From Auanema rhodensis (lineage: Eukaryota > Animalia > Nematoda), in the NCBI GenBank assembly GCA_964057225.1, contig OZ059897.1:4898001-4962000 (forward strand): 64,000 nt of DNA, given 5' to 3'. Made by a program: the position numbers and the translations under genes. This document shows, one piece after another, positions 29,301 to 39,000 of the stretch (position 1 is the stretch's first letter; each line of letters opens with the position of its first letter). The notes under the pieces are model-generated. The model did no database searches. It had not been told where the DNA came from and was given only the letters and a program-made list of their open reading frames with translations.

Positions 29301-31423
29301 AAGTGCACATCACGTGCACATTTAATTAGCATAAATTAAAGTTCACGTAAATTTCAAACTCATGGTTACCATGCACCAATATCAATAAAAATTTGTTTTT
29401 AGACTAATATGGACATGGGGAATCTAATTTTGAAAACCGCATCTCTTTATCTTTCACGTGAAGTGAGTTACATACCAAGTGCACATCACGTGTACATTTA
29501 ATTAGCATAAATTAAAGTTCACGTAAATTTCAAAGTCATGGTTACCATGCACCAATATCAATAAAAATTTGTTTTTAGACTAATATGGACATGGGGAAAC
29601 TAATTTTGAAAACCGCATCTCTTTATCTTTCACGTGAAGCAAGTCACATACCAAGTGCACATCACGTGCACATTTAATTAGCATAAATTAAAGTTCACGT
29701 AAATTTCAAACTCATGGTTACCATGCACCAATATCAATAAAAATTTGTTTTTAGACTAATATGGACATGGGGAATCTAATTTTGAAAACCGCATCTCTTT
29801 ATCTTTCACGTGAAGTGAGTTACATACCAAATGCACATCACGTGTACATTTAATTAGCATAAATTAAAGTTCACGTAAATTTCAAAGTCATGGTTACCAT
29901 GCACCAATAACAATAAAAATTTGTTTTTAGACTAATATGGACATGGGGAATCTAATTTTGAAAACCGCATCTCTTTATCTTTCACGTGAAGCGAGTTACA
30001 TACCAAGTGCACATCACGTGTACATTTAATTAGCATAAATTAAAGTTCACGTAAATTTCAAAGTCATGGTTACCATGCACCAATATCAATAAAAATTTGT
30101 TTTTAGACTAATATGGACATGGGGAATCTAATTTTGAAAACCGCATCTCTTTATCTTTCACGTGAAGCGAGTTACATACCAAGTGCACATCACGTGTACA
30201 TTTAATTAGCATAAATTAAAGTTCACGTAAATTTCAAAGTCATGGTTACCATGCACCAATATCAATAAAAATTTGTTTTTAGACTAATATGGTCATGGGG
30301 AATCTAATTTTGAAAACCGCATCTCTTTATCTTTCACGTGAAGCAAGTCACATACCAAGTGCACATCACGTGCACATTTAATTAGCATAAATTAAAGTTC
30401 ACGTAAATTTCAAACTCATGGTTACCATGCACCAATATCAATAAAAATTTGTTTTTAGACTAATATGGACATGGGGAAACTAATTTTGAAAACCGCATCT
30501 CTTTATCTTTCACGTGAAGCAAGTCACATACCAAGTGCACATCACGTGCACATTTAATTAGCATAAATTAAAGTTCACGTAAATTTCAAACTCATGGTTA
30601 CCATGCACCAATATCAATAAAAATTTGTTTTTAGACTAATATGGACATGGGGAATCTAATTTTGAAAACCGCATCTCTTTATCTTTCACGTGAAGTGAGT
30701 TACATACCAAGTGCACATCACGTGTACATTTAATTAGCATAAATTAAAGTTCACGTAAATTTCAAAGTCATGGTTACCATGCACCAATATCAATAAAAAT
30801 TTGTTTTTAGACTAATATGGTCATGGGGAATCTAATTTTGAAAACCGCATCTCTTTATCTTTCACGTGAAGCAAGTCACATACCAAGTGCACATCACGTG
30901 CACATTTAATTAGCATAAATTAAAGTTCACGTAAATTTCAAACTCATGGTTACCATGCACCAATATCAATAAAAATTTGTTTTTAGACTAATATGGACAT
31001 GGGGAATCTAATTTTGAAAACCGCATCTCTTTATCTTTCACGTGAAGTGAGTTACATACCAAGTGCACATCACGTGTACATTTAATTAGCATAAATTAAA
31101 GTTCACGTAAATTTCAAAGTCATGGTTACCATGCACCAATAACAATAAAAATTTGTTTTTAGACTAATATGGACATGGGGAATCTAATTTTGAAAACCGC
31201 ATCTCTTTATCTTTCACGTGAAGCGAGTTACATACCAAGTGCACATCACGTGTACATTTAATTAGCATAAATTAAAGTTCACGTAAATTTCAAAGTCATG
31301 GTTACCATGCACCAATATCAATAAAAATTTGTTTTTAGACTAATATGGACATGGGGAATCTAATTTTGAAAACCGCATCTCTTTATCTTTCACGTGAAGC
31401 GAGTTACATACCAAGTGCACATC

Positions 31424-31427
31424 ACGT
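31424..31427 (+). repeat. Target-site duplication ACGT, left copy (right copy 36018-36021)
   Basis: The uninterrupted monomer reads CATC-ACGT-GAAC, and ACGT is present on both sides of the element. The first A on the right could alternatively belong to the A tail. Confidence 0.8.
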
Positions 31428-31428
31428 T

Positions 31429-31463
31429 CATTCCGCGATTTGACCCCATTCCGCGATTTGACC
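31429..31463 (+). repeat. 17-bp direct repeat CATTCCGCGATTTGACC x2 (period 18) at the LINE 5' end; also at 47463-47497
   Basis: Copies at 31429-31445 and 31447-31463. Confidence 0.95.
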
Positions 31464-31479
31464 TCGTCTTGGGTGGTCG
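31446..31479 (+). promoter_or_regulatory. Possible internal Pol II promoter (Inr-like CCATTCC, DPE-like GGTCG at +28 to +32)
   Basis: With A31448 as +1, 31475-31479 = GGTCG fits RGWYV at the canonical DPE spacing. These are short degenerate motifs, so support is weak. Confidence 0.35.
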
Positions 31480-31637
31480 ACTCCTGCTCGTGTCTCTCTG
31501 CATCCCATAACGCCGGACTGGTTTTGCAAGGTACGCTTTCTTCTTTTTCTTCTAATTTTAATCCTTTTTCAATTTTCTTCTTCTTTTTTTTCTTTACTTC
31601 CTATTACTTCTTTTTTTCTCTACTTTTTCACTTAACC

Positions 31638-32702
31638 ATGTCTCACGTAACTAACGAGTTTCTTACTACTGCCCTCGAATCACTTTCCGATTCTCTACAT
31701 AACTCTTTTGCTGAACTATCAGTACAAATAAGAAACGAGCTCAGTAGTATCAAAACCGCAGTTGCATCGCATGACTCACGCATAAAACTCATCGAAACCG
31801 ATTTCAAATTGCGTCTCGAAAAGTTGGAGCAAAAGTTAACTCAACTCTCTTGCACTATTCCTAACACCATCAATAACTCACCTCTTTTTTCTTCTTCCAA
31901 TGTTGCATGCCAAATCCAAAAAATTAGAACAGAGGAGACAAAGTACGATTATCGTTCTAAGAGAGCCCTCTGGTTCCGTGTACCAGTCTCTTGCCCTGAC
32001 TTACCTTCTGACCCTTCTTCTTTACTGAAACTGGTCATTGAAAAATCCAACGACGCTACTTTGTCAACTCTCCTTAACACTAACCAAATAACCATTGCAC
32101 GTTGCATCCTCAAATCAAAATCCCCAGGCCCACTCATTATTACTTGTCCATCGGTTGAATTGCGGGACAAAATAATAGCATGTATCAAAGCAAATAAGAC
32201 TAAATGTTTTGAATTTTTATCTAAAACTTTTGTACGTCGCGACTATTTTCCTTTTGAAATTCAACTGGAAAATAACCTTCGCGAGGAAGCAAAAGAAAAA
32301 AATAAAAACAACACTAAGTCCGTCTTCTTGGTGCGAGATCTTCGACTTATTGAAGTTACCCGTAATACAACCGATCCTCCAAACTCTCAAATAGCTCCTA
32401 CTTCCTCTTGTAATCAAACCCCTAAAATACCTTCTGTTCACAACGCTCCTTTATCAACACTTCACTCTCAAACTATCACATCCCCAACCCTTTTTTCTAG
32501 CCCCCCTTGTAAATCTGGTAGAATAAGCCGGTCGAAGGAAAGACAGAACCGCACGTCGAAAGATAAGCGTTCTTCTGTTAGCCCAAGACGACGCAAAAAT
32601 CCACCACGATTTGCAAAGTTAACCTCAGATCAAATAACCAGGTCTGTCAGCATGAACCCTGCATCTCAACGTGTTGCGTCTGACAAAATGTCCTTTCGTT
32701 AA
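31638..32702 (+). CDS. LINE ORF1 protein (354 aa from the first ATG; coiled coil, putative RNA-binding core, Ser/Pro/Arg-rich tail)
   Basis: First ATG in context AACCATGT (MSHVTNEF...). The track's 31440 start is a TTG reading through a poly-pyrimidine UTR. Heptad-like N-terminus (LESLSDSL...LEKLEQKLTQL), an FVRRDY...LREEAKEKN...FLVRDLRLI block resembling invertebrate CR1 ORF1, and position upstream of APE-RT. Confidence 0.85.
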   Translation: MSHVTNEFLTTALESLSDSLHNSFAELSVQIRNELSSIKTAVASHDSRIKLIETDFKLRLEKLEQKLTQLSCTIPNTINNSPLFSSSNVACQIQKIRTEETKYDYRSKRALWFRVPVSCPDLPSDPSSLLKLVIEKSNDATLSTLLNTNQITIARCILKSKSPGPLIITCPSVELRDKIIACIKANKTKCFEFLSKTFVRRDYFPFEIQLENNLREEAKEKNKNNTKSVFLVRDLRLIEVTRNTTDPPNSQIAPTSSCNQTPKIPSVHNAPLSTLHSQTITSPTLFSSPPCKSGRISRSKERQNRTSKDKRSSVSPRRRKNPPRFAKLTSDQITRSVSMNPASQRVASDKMSFR

Positions 32703-35526
32703 CATTGTCTCGTCCTCAACCCCTCTTGTCTCTCCTAACCCTACCAGCTTCTCAGTTCAGTGTTTTAATGCACGATCTATTCTCAACAAACTTCATTCAC
32801 TATCTCACGTTATTTCCTTATCCTCTCCTGATATAATTGCTATATCAGAATCTTGGCTTTTTCCAGAGTTCGATACCCACCTACTTCCGTGCAAAGATAC
32901 TTACTCTATTTTTAGAGCCGATAGGTGTACCTCACGTGGTGGTGGCGTTGTCCTCTATGTAAAAAACCATGTCAAAGTCTGTCTCCTTTCTTGCTCTTCC
33001 CCTCAATCTTCCATACAATTTATTAACTTACTCATTCCTTCACTTAATACTGTTTTTTCACTTTGTTATCGCCCTCCATCAGCTTCTCATTCAGACTTTA
33101 TTTTGTTTCTAACTGATCTACGTAAACAAATTTCCAGACGATCGTTTTTTCTAACAGGTGATCTAAATTTCCCTAAAATCAATTGGGATCTCGGTGTTTG
33201 CTCACAACCATGCTCCTCTAGTAAATCTATTCTTCAATTTCTCAACGACTGCTGTTCTTACCAATTAGTAAAGTTCCCTACTAGAGGCAACAACATTCTC
33301 GATTATGTTATCACCGACAACATATCTAGCGTAGTCAACATAGCTCGTTCTTCTCCCCTCGGTTCCTCGGATCATCATTCTGTTGTTTTCCATATTGTCT
33401 CTGATACTTCTCAGCTAGCTACGGCGATCAACTCTTCTGATATTTCTTCTTCGGCAGCACTTCCTATGTTTTCTGATCGTAATTTTCAAGCTGCCGATTA
33501 CAACTTCATCAACCATAAACTAGCCAACATAGATTTTGCTAGTCATCTTTCCGGTCTTACTCCTTTAGACTCTTATTCCAAATTTATTCACATTCTTCAC
33601 TCGGTCATCGATTGCTGCGTACCCAGGAAACAAGAAAGAAGAAAAAAGAAGATTGACCGAGATATCTCTAAACTCTCTTCTCACATTAACAAACTTAGCT
33701 CCTCTTTTCATCATCATGATGAATCCCGCCGTAAAAAACTATCTCTTTCTCTTGATAAACTTATCAAGAATAGATTGGCTTCGGAAGAAGAACGTATTGC
33801 TAATTATAACAATTCAAAACTTTTTTACCGCTTCTGCAGAACTCGTCTGGGCGGCAACACTTCAGATATCCCTAATCTCAAAATAGATAATAATTCTGTT
33901 TCGTCTGATTCTGACAAAGCTTCTATCTTTGCCAGTACCTTCTCTGTTCACCCTCTCCCTATCTCTTCAGCTCATGCTCCTATTTCTTCTTCTTCTGGTA
34001 TCATCGATTTCATTGATGTGTCTCCGCTCAACGTTTACAAAATTCTCTGTCAGTTACCTCTCCGGGTATCAACCTCTCCTGACGGAATCCCTTATTTTTT
34101 CCTAAAAAATTGTGCTTCTACTATTTCTCAGCCTCTAGCCTTTGTCTTTCACAATCTTCTTGTCTCCTCCTCTTGCCCTGCTGACTGGAAAACAGCTTGG
34201 ATTCGTCCTGTTCTTAAATCAGGACTCTCTTCCAACCCGGCTAATTATCGTCCTATTTCTCTTACATCCAGTCTCTCTAAAGTTTTTGAACGTCTCCTGC
34301 GTTCACCTCTTCTTGACTTTGGTATTTCCTCCGGTTTTATTTCACCCAATCAGTTTGCCTTTCTTCCAAAACGCAATACTGTATCGGCAATTCTTAGTAG
34401 TCATGTTCTCTGGAGATCTGCTGTGGACAAGAAAAAACCTGTTTATGTTGCCTTTATTGATTTTTCCAAGGCTTTCGATCTTATAAATCATTCTGTTCTT
34501 TTGACTAAACTAAAATCAATTGGTATCGACGGCTGTATCCACTCCTTCCTCAAAAACTTTATTACTAATAGATCTTTCTCCGTATTGGTTAATTATTCTC
34601 TATCCGCCACCAGTCATTTGCCCTGCGGAGTTCCACAAGGGACTGTTCTGGGTCCACTACTTTTCCTATTCTACATAAATGATATTACGTCAAATTTACC
34701 TGATGACGTACATCCAACTCTCTATGCGGACGACCTTAAACTCAGCAGCACTAATCCTATAAGTTTACAATTGGCCTTGAATAATCTGAAAAATTGGTGT
34801 CTATTAAACGGTATGAAGGTAAATACCTCTAAATCTAAAGTAATGATTATATCTAGTACTACTACATCAAGATTGAACACAATTTTCAAATTTGGCGACA
34901 TCTCGTTAGCCACAGTATCAACATACAAAGATCTTGGTGTATGTACAGACTATAATCTTTCCTTCAATAGCCACATAAATAGAATATCTAACATTGCTGC
35001 TCACAAATGTCGTGTTATCTTGCGTTGTTTTTACTCAAGATCACCAACCTTGATGTTTAAACTCTTTTGCTGTTATATCAGACCTATATTGGAATATGCC
35101 TCAGTTGTATGGTCTCCCCAAAACAACAAAGATAAAGCACGCATTGAGTCTATACAAAAAAAATTCTTAAACGCTATTTTTAAGAGAGCCGAAATAGCTT
35201 TGGATTACAAAAACCAGCTATTGTTTCTTGGAGCTAAGGAACTATCTTTTAGAAGATCGATAATTGATCTAGTCTTTTATCATAATCAGATAACCAAAAA
35301 CATTCCAGAAAACAGCCTCAATTTTTTTACTGTCAAGCACTATGCTCATTCACTTCGTAGACATCTATGGAATGTTGAATATCCTGATCTTTGGAAAAGC
35401 GAAACAAGAACTGGAATTGAATACAGAGCTATTCAAACCTGGAACACTCTTCCTGAGAGCATCGTTCAACTGAGAAACACCGTCAGCTTCAAAAAACATC
35501 TATCTATTATTTTAAATGATTTTTAA
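32671..35526 (+). CDS. LINE ORF2: apurinic-like endonuclease plus reverse transcriptase (start not AUG; frame open from 32656; probably entered by +1 frameshift at 32694-32698)
   Basis: APE motifs FNARS, ISESWL, FRADR..GGGV, YRPP, GDLN, PTRGNNILD, SDH. RT motifs SPDGIP, NYRPISLTS, QFAF, DFSKAFD, GVPQGTVLGPLLF, YADD, KDLGV. CR1-type C-terminus YIRPILEYASVVWSP...WNTLP...FKKHL. No stops over 951 codons. Confidence 0.95.
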   Translation: MLRLTKCPFVNIVSSSTPLVSPNPTSFSVQCFNARSILNKLHSLSHVISLSSPDIIAISESWLFPEFDTHLLPCKDTYSIFRADRCTSRGGGVVLYVKNHVKVCLLSCSSPQSSIQFINLLIPSLNTVFSLCYRPPSASHSDFILFLTDLRKQISRRSFFLTGDLNFPKINWDLGVCSQPCSSSKSILQFLNDCCSYQLVKFPTRGNNILDYVITDNISSVVNIARSSPLGSSDHHSVVFHIVSDTSQLATAINSSDISSSAALPMFSDRNFQAADYNFINHKLANIDFASHLSGLTPLDSYSKFIHILHSVIDCCVPRKQERRKKKIDRDISKLSSHINKLSSSFHHHDESRRKKLSLSLDKLIKNRLASEEERIANYNNSKLFYRFCRTRLGGNTSDIPNLKIDNNSVSSDSDKASIFASTFSVHPLPISSAHAPISSSSGIIDFIDVSPLNVYKILCQLPLRVSTSPDGIPYFFLKNCASTISQPLAFVFHNLLVSSSCPADWKTAWIRPVLKSGLSSNPANYRPISLTSSLSKVFERLLRSPLLDFGISSGFISPNQFAFLPKRNTVSAILSSHVLWRSAVDKKKPVYVAFIDFSKAFDLINHSVLLTKLKSIGIDGCIHSFLKNFITNRSFSVLVNYSLSATSHLPCGVPQGTVLGPLLFLFYINDITSNLPDDVHPTLYADDLKLSSTNPISLQLALNNLKNWCLLNGMKVNTSKSKVMIISSTTTSRLNTIFKFGDISLATVSTYKDLGVCTDYNLSFNSHINRISNIAAHKCRVILRCFYSRSPTLMFKLFCCYIRPILEYASVVWSPQNNKDKARIESIQKKFLNAIFKRAEIALDYKNQLLFLGAKELSFRRSIIDLVFYHNQITKNIPENSLNFFTVKHYAHSLRRHLWNVEYPDLWKSETRTGIEYRAIQTWNTLPESIVQLRNTVSFKKHLSIILNDF
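32691..32702 (+). promoter_or_regulatory. Candidate +1 programmed ribosomal frameshift site UCC_UUU_CGU(_UAA), copy 1
   Basis: In-frame last codons of ORF1. A UUU to UUC slip places the ribosome in the ORF2 frame (TTC GTT AAC). The motif is identical to the influenza A PA-X shift site. Confidence 0.7.
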
Positions 35527-36002
35527 TCTGTTTCTTGTTAATGTAACTTGAAATCTTGTCCATGTATATATTTTTTTTTCTTTTACTAGCATTTGTGCCT
35601 AACTGCATGTTATGGTTGGATAGTTTCCTAGTTTACTTCTGAGACCTGTTACTACGTATCGAATCCTATAGACATTAGTCATATGGATGGAGCGTTAGTT
35701 ACCTCTCACTGTCAGAACGGGCTCGACTCAAGTCAAGAGTTCCACCGCACCTGTCAGAATACTACAGAGGTCAGTGATCTTCACTGAACAAATTTTCTCT
35801 CCTTTACCAAACTAGAACTTCAAAACTTTAACACACCAGTGGTGCTGTACGCTATCATAATGAAAGGAAATATGCAGGACTCGTTTTCTTTAAACATATT
35901 AAGTCGATTATTATGTATGTTTGTATTGTAAGGTTCTTCTGTATTTCTACAATTTTCCGCTATTTATTAACATTGTTTCCGCTCTTAACCTGTGATTCGA
36001 AC

Positions 36003-36008
36003 AATAAA
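36003..36008 (+). terminator. Polyadenylation signal AATAAA near the LINE 3' end (copy 2: 52038-52043)
   Basis: AATAAA is followed by CCCGTTC and 2-3 A residues at the 3' junction. Confidence 0.6.
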
Positions 36009-36017
36009 CCCGTTCAA

Positions 36018-39000
36018 ACGTGAACATTTAATTAGCATAAATTAAAGTTCACGTAAATTTCAAAGTCATGGTTACCATGCACCAATATCAATAAAAATTT
36101 GTTTTTAGACTAATATGGACATGAGGAATCTAATTTTGAAAACCGCATCTCTTTATCTTTCACGTGAAGTGAGTTACATACCAAGTGCACATCACGTGTA
36201 CATTTAATTAGCATAAATTAAAGTTCACGTAAATTTCAAAGTCATGGTTACCATGCACCAATATCAATAAAAATTTGTTTTTAGACTAATATGGACATGG
36301 GGAATCTAATTTTGAAAACCGCATCTCTTTATCTTTCACGTGAAGCAAGTTACATACCAAGTGCACATCACGTGTACATTTAATTAGCATAAATTAAAGT
36401 TCACGTAAATTTCAAAGTCATGGTTACCATGCACCAATATCAATAAAAATTTGTTTTTAGACTAATATGGACATGGGGAATCTAATTTTGAAAACCGCAT
36501 CTCTTTATCTTTCACGTGAAGCGAGTTACATACCAAGTGCACATCACGTGTACATTTAATTAGCATAAATTAAAGTTCACGTAAATTTCAAAGTCATGGT
36601 TACCATGCACCAATATCAATAAAAATTTGTTTTTAGACTAATATGGACATGGGGAATCTAATTTTGAAAACCGCATCTCTTTATCTTTCACGTGAAGCAA
36701 GTTACATACCAAGTGCACATCACGTGTACATTTAATTAGCATAAATTAAAGTTCACGTAAATTTCAAAGTCATGGTTACCATGCACCAATATCAATACAA
36801 AATTGGTTTTAGACTAATATGGACATGGGGAATCTAATTTTGAAAACCGCATCTCTTTATCTTTCACGTGAAGCAAGTTACATACCAAGTGCACATCACG
36901 TGTACATTTAATTAGCATAAATTAAAGTTCACGTAAATTTCAAAGTCATGGTTACCATGCACCAATATCAATAAAAATTTGTTTTTAGACTAATATGGAC
37001 ATGGGGAATCTAATTTTGAAAACCGCATCTCTTTATCTTTCACGTGAAGCGAGTTACATACCAAGTGCACATCACGTGTACATTTAATTAGCATAAATTA
37101 AAGTTCACGTAAATTTCAAAGTCATGGTTACCATGCACCAATATCAATAAAAATTTGTTTTTAGACTAATATGGACATGGGGAATCTAATTTTGAAAACC
37201 GCATCTCTTTATCTTTCACGTGAAGCGAGTTACATACCAAGTGCACATCACGTGTACATTTAATTAGCATAAATTAAAGTTCACGTAAATTTCAAAGTCA
37301 TGGTTACCATGCACCAATATCAATAAAAATTTGTTTTTAGACTAATATGGACATGGGGAATCTAATTTTGAAAACCGCATCTCTTTATCTTTCACGTGAA
37401 GTGAGTTACATACCAAGTGCACATCACGTGTACATTTAATTAGCATAAATTAAAGTTCACGTAAATTTCAAAGTCATGGTTACCATGCACCAATATCAAT
37501 AAAAATTTGTTTTTAGACTAATATGGACATGGGGAATCTAATTTTGAAAACCGCATCTCTTTATCTTTCACGTGAAGCGAGTTACATACCAAGTGCACAT
37601 CACGTGTACATTTAATTAGCATAAATTAAAGTTCACGTAAATTTCAAAGTCATGGTTACCATGCACCAATATCAATAAAAATTTGTTTTTAGACTAATAT
37701 GGACATGGGGAAACTAATTTTGAAAACCGCATCTCTTTATCTTTCACGTGAAGCAAGTCACATACCAAGTGCACATCACGTGCACATTTAATTAGCATAA
37801 ATTAAAGTTCACGTAAATTTCAAACTCATGGTTACCATGCACCAATATCAATAAAAATTTGTTTTTAGACTAATATGGACATGGGGAATCTAATTTTGAA
37901 AACCGCATCTCTTTATCTTTCACGTGAAGTGAGTTACATACCAAGTGCACATCACGTGTACATTTAATTAGCATAAATTAAAGTTCACGTAAATTTCAAA
38001 GTCATGGTTACCATGCACCAATAACAATAAAAATTTGTTTTTAGACTAATATGGACATGGGGAATCTAATTTTGAAAACCGCATCTCTTTATCTTTCACG
38101 TGAAGCGAGTTACATACCAAGTGCACATCACGTGTACATTTAATTAGCATAAATTAAAGTTCACGTAAATTTCAAAGTCATGGTTACCATGCACCAATAT
38201 CAATAAAAATTTGTTTTTAGACTAATATGGACATGGGGAATCTAATTTTGAAAACCGCATCTCTTTATCTTTCACGTGAAGCGAGTTACATACCAAGTGC
38301 ACATCACGTGTACATTTAATTAGCATAAATTAAAGTTCACGTAAATTTCAAAGTCATGGTTACCATGCACCAATATCAATAAAAATTTGTTTTTAGACTA
38401 ATATGGTCATGGGGAATCTAATTTTGAAAACCGCATCTCTTTATCTTTCACGTGAAGCAAGTTACATACCAAGTGCACATCACGTGCACATTTAATTAGC
38501 ATAAATTAAAGTTCACGTAAATTTCAAACTCATGGTTACCATGCACCAATATCAATAAAAATTTGTTTTTAGACTAATATGGACATGGGGAAACTAATTT
38601 TGAAAACCGCATCTCTTTATCTTTCACGTGAAGCAAGTCACATACCAAGTGCACATCACGTGCACATTTAATTAGCATAAATTAAAGTTCACGTAAATTT
38701 CAAACTCATGGTTACCATGCACCAATATCAATAAAAATTTGTTTTTAGACTAATATGGACATGGGGAATCTAATTTTGAAAACCGCATCTCTTTATCTTT
38801 CACGTGAAGCGAGTTACATACCAAGTGCACATCACGTGTACATTTAATTAGCATAAATTAAAGTTCACGTAAATTTCAAAGTCATGGTTACCATGCACCA
38901 ATATCAATAAAAATTTGTTTTTAGACTAATATGGACATGGGGAAACTAATTTTGAAAACCGCATCTCTTTATCTTTCACGTGAAGCAAGTCACATACCAA

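Larger units (their letters stand above)
1..31427. repeat. 176-bp tandem satellite array, segment 1 (~178 monomers; continues beyond the window start)
   Basis: Consensus AGTCATGGTTACCATGCACCAATATCAATAAAAATTTGTTTTTAGACTAATATGGACATGGGGAATCTAATTTTGAAAACCGCATCTCTTTATCTTTCACGTGAAGCGAGTTACATACCAAGTGCACATCACGTGTACATTTAATTAGCATAAATTAAAGTTCACGTAAATTTCAA. The register recurs at 1, 2641, 5281, 7921 (15 x 176 = 2640). Monomers differ by only a few substitutions. Confidence 0.99.
31428..36017 (+). mobile_element. Full-length two-ORF non-LTR retrotransposon (LINE), CR1-like clade, copy 1 (4,590 bp)
   Basis: The satellite breaks after ...GCACATCACGT (31427) and resumes at ACGTGAACATTT (36018). The insert has a 5' UTR, ORF1, ORF2 with APE endonuclease and RT, and a ~490-bp 3' UTR ending AATAAACCCGTTCAA. 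No LTRs, integrase or RNase H were recognised. Confidence 0.96.

Noticed and set aside
31440-31637. 66-codon N-terminal extension of ORF1 from TTG, with a poly-Phe 'transmembrane-like' stretch
   Set aside because: It is the translation of a T-rich 5' UTR. The start lies 12 nt inside the element within the terminal repeat, and ATG31638 is the plausible start.
31528-32760. Splicing from AAG|GTACGC (31531) to CAG acceptors near 32755-32760 as a route to express ORF2
   Set aside because: The upstream exon contains no ATG, so splicing would not supply a start codon. No AG occurs between this donor and the ORF1 ATG for a simple UTR intron either.
31949-34928. Short ORFs of 61-114 aa on both strands (and their duplicates at 47983-50962)
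   Set aside because: They are alternative-frame or antisense shadows of ORF1/ORF2 with no recognisable motifs, and several begin at non-ATG codons.
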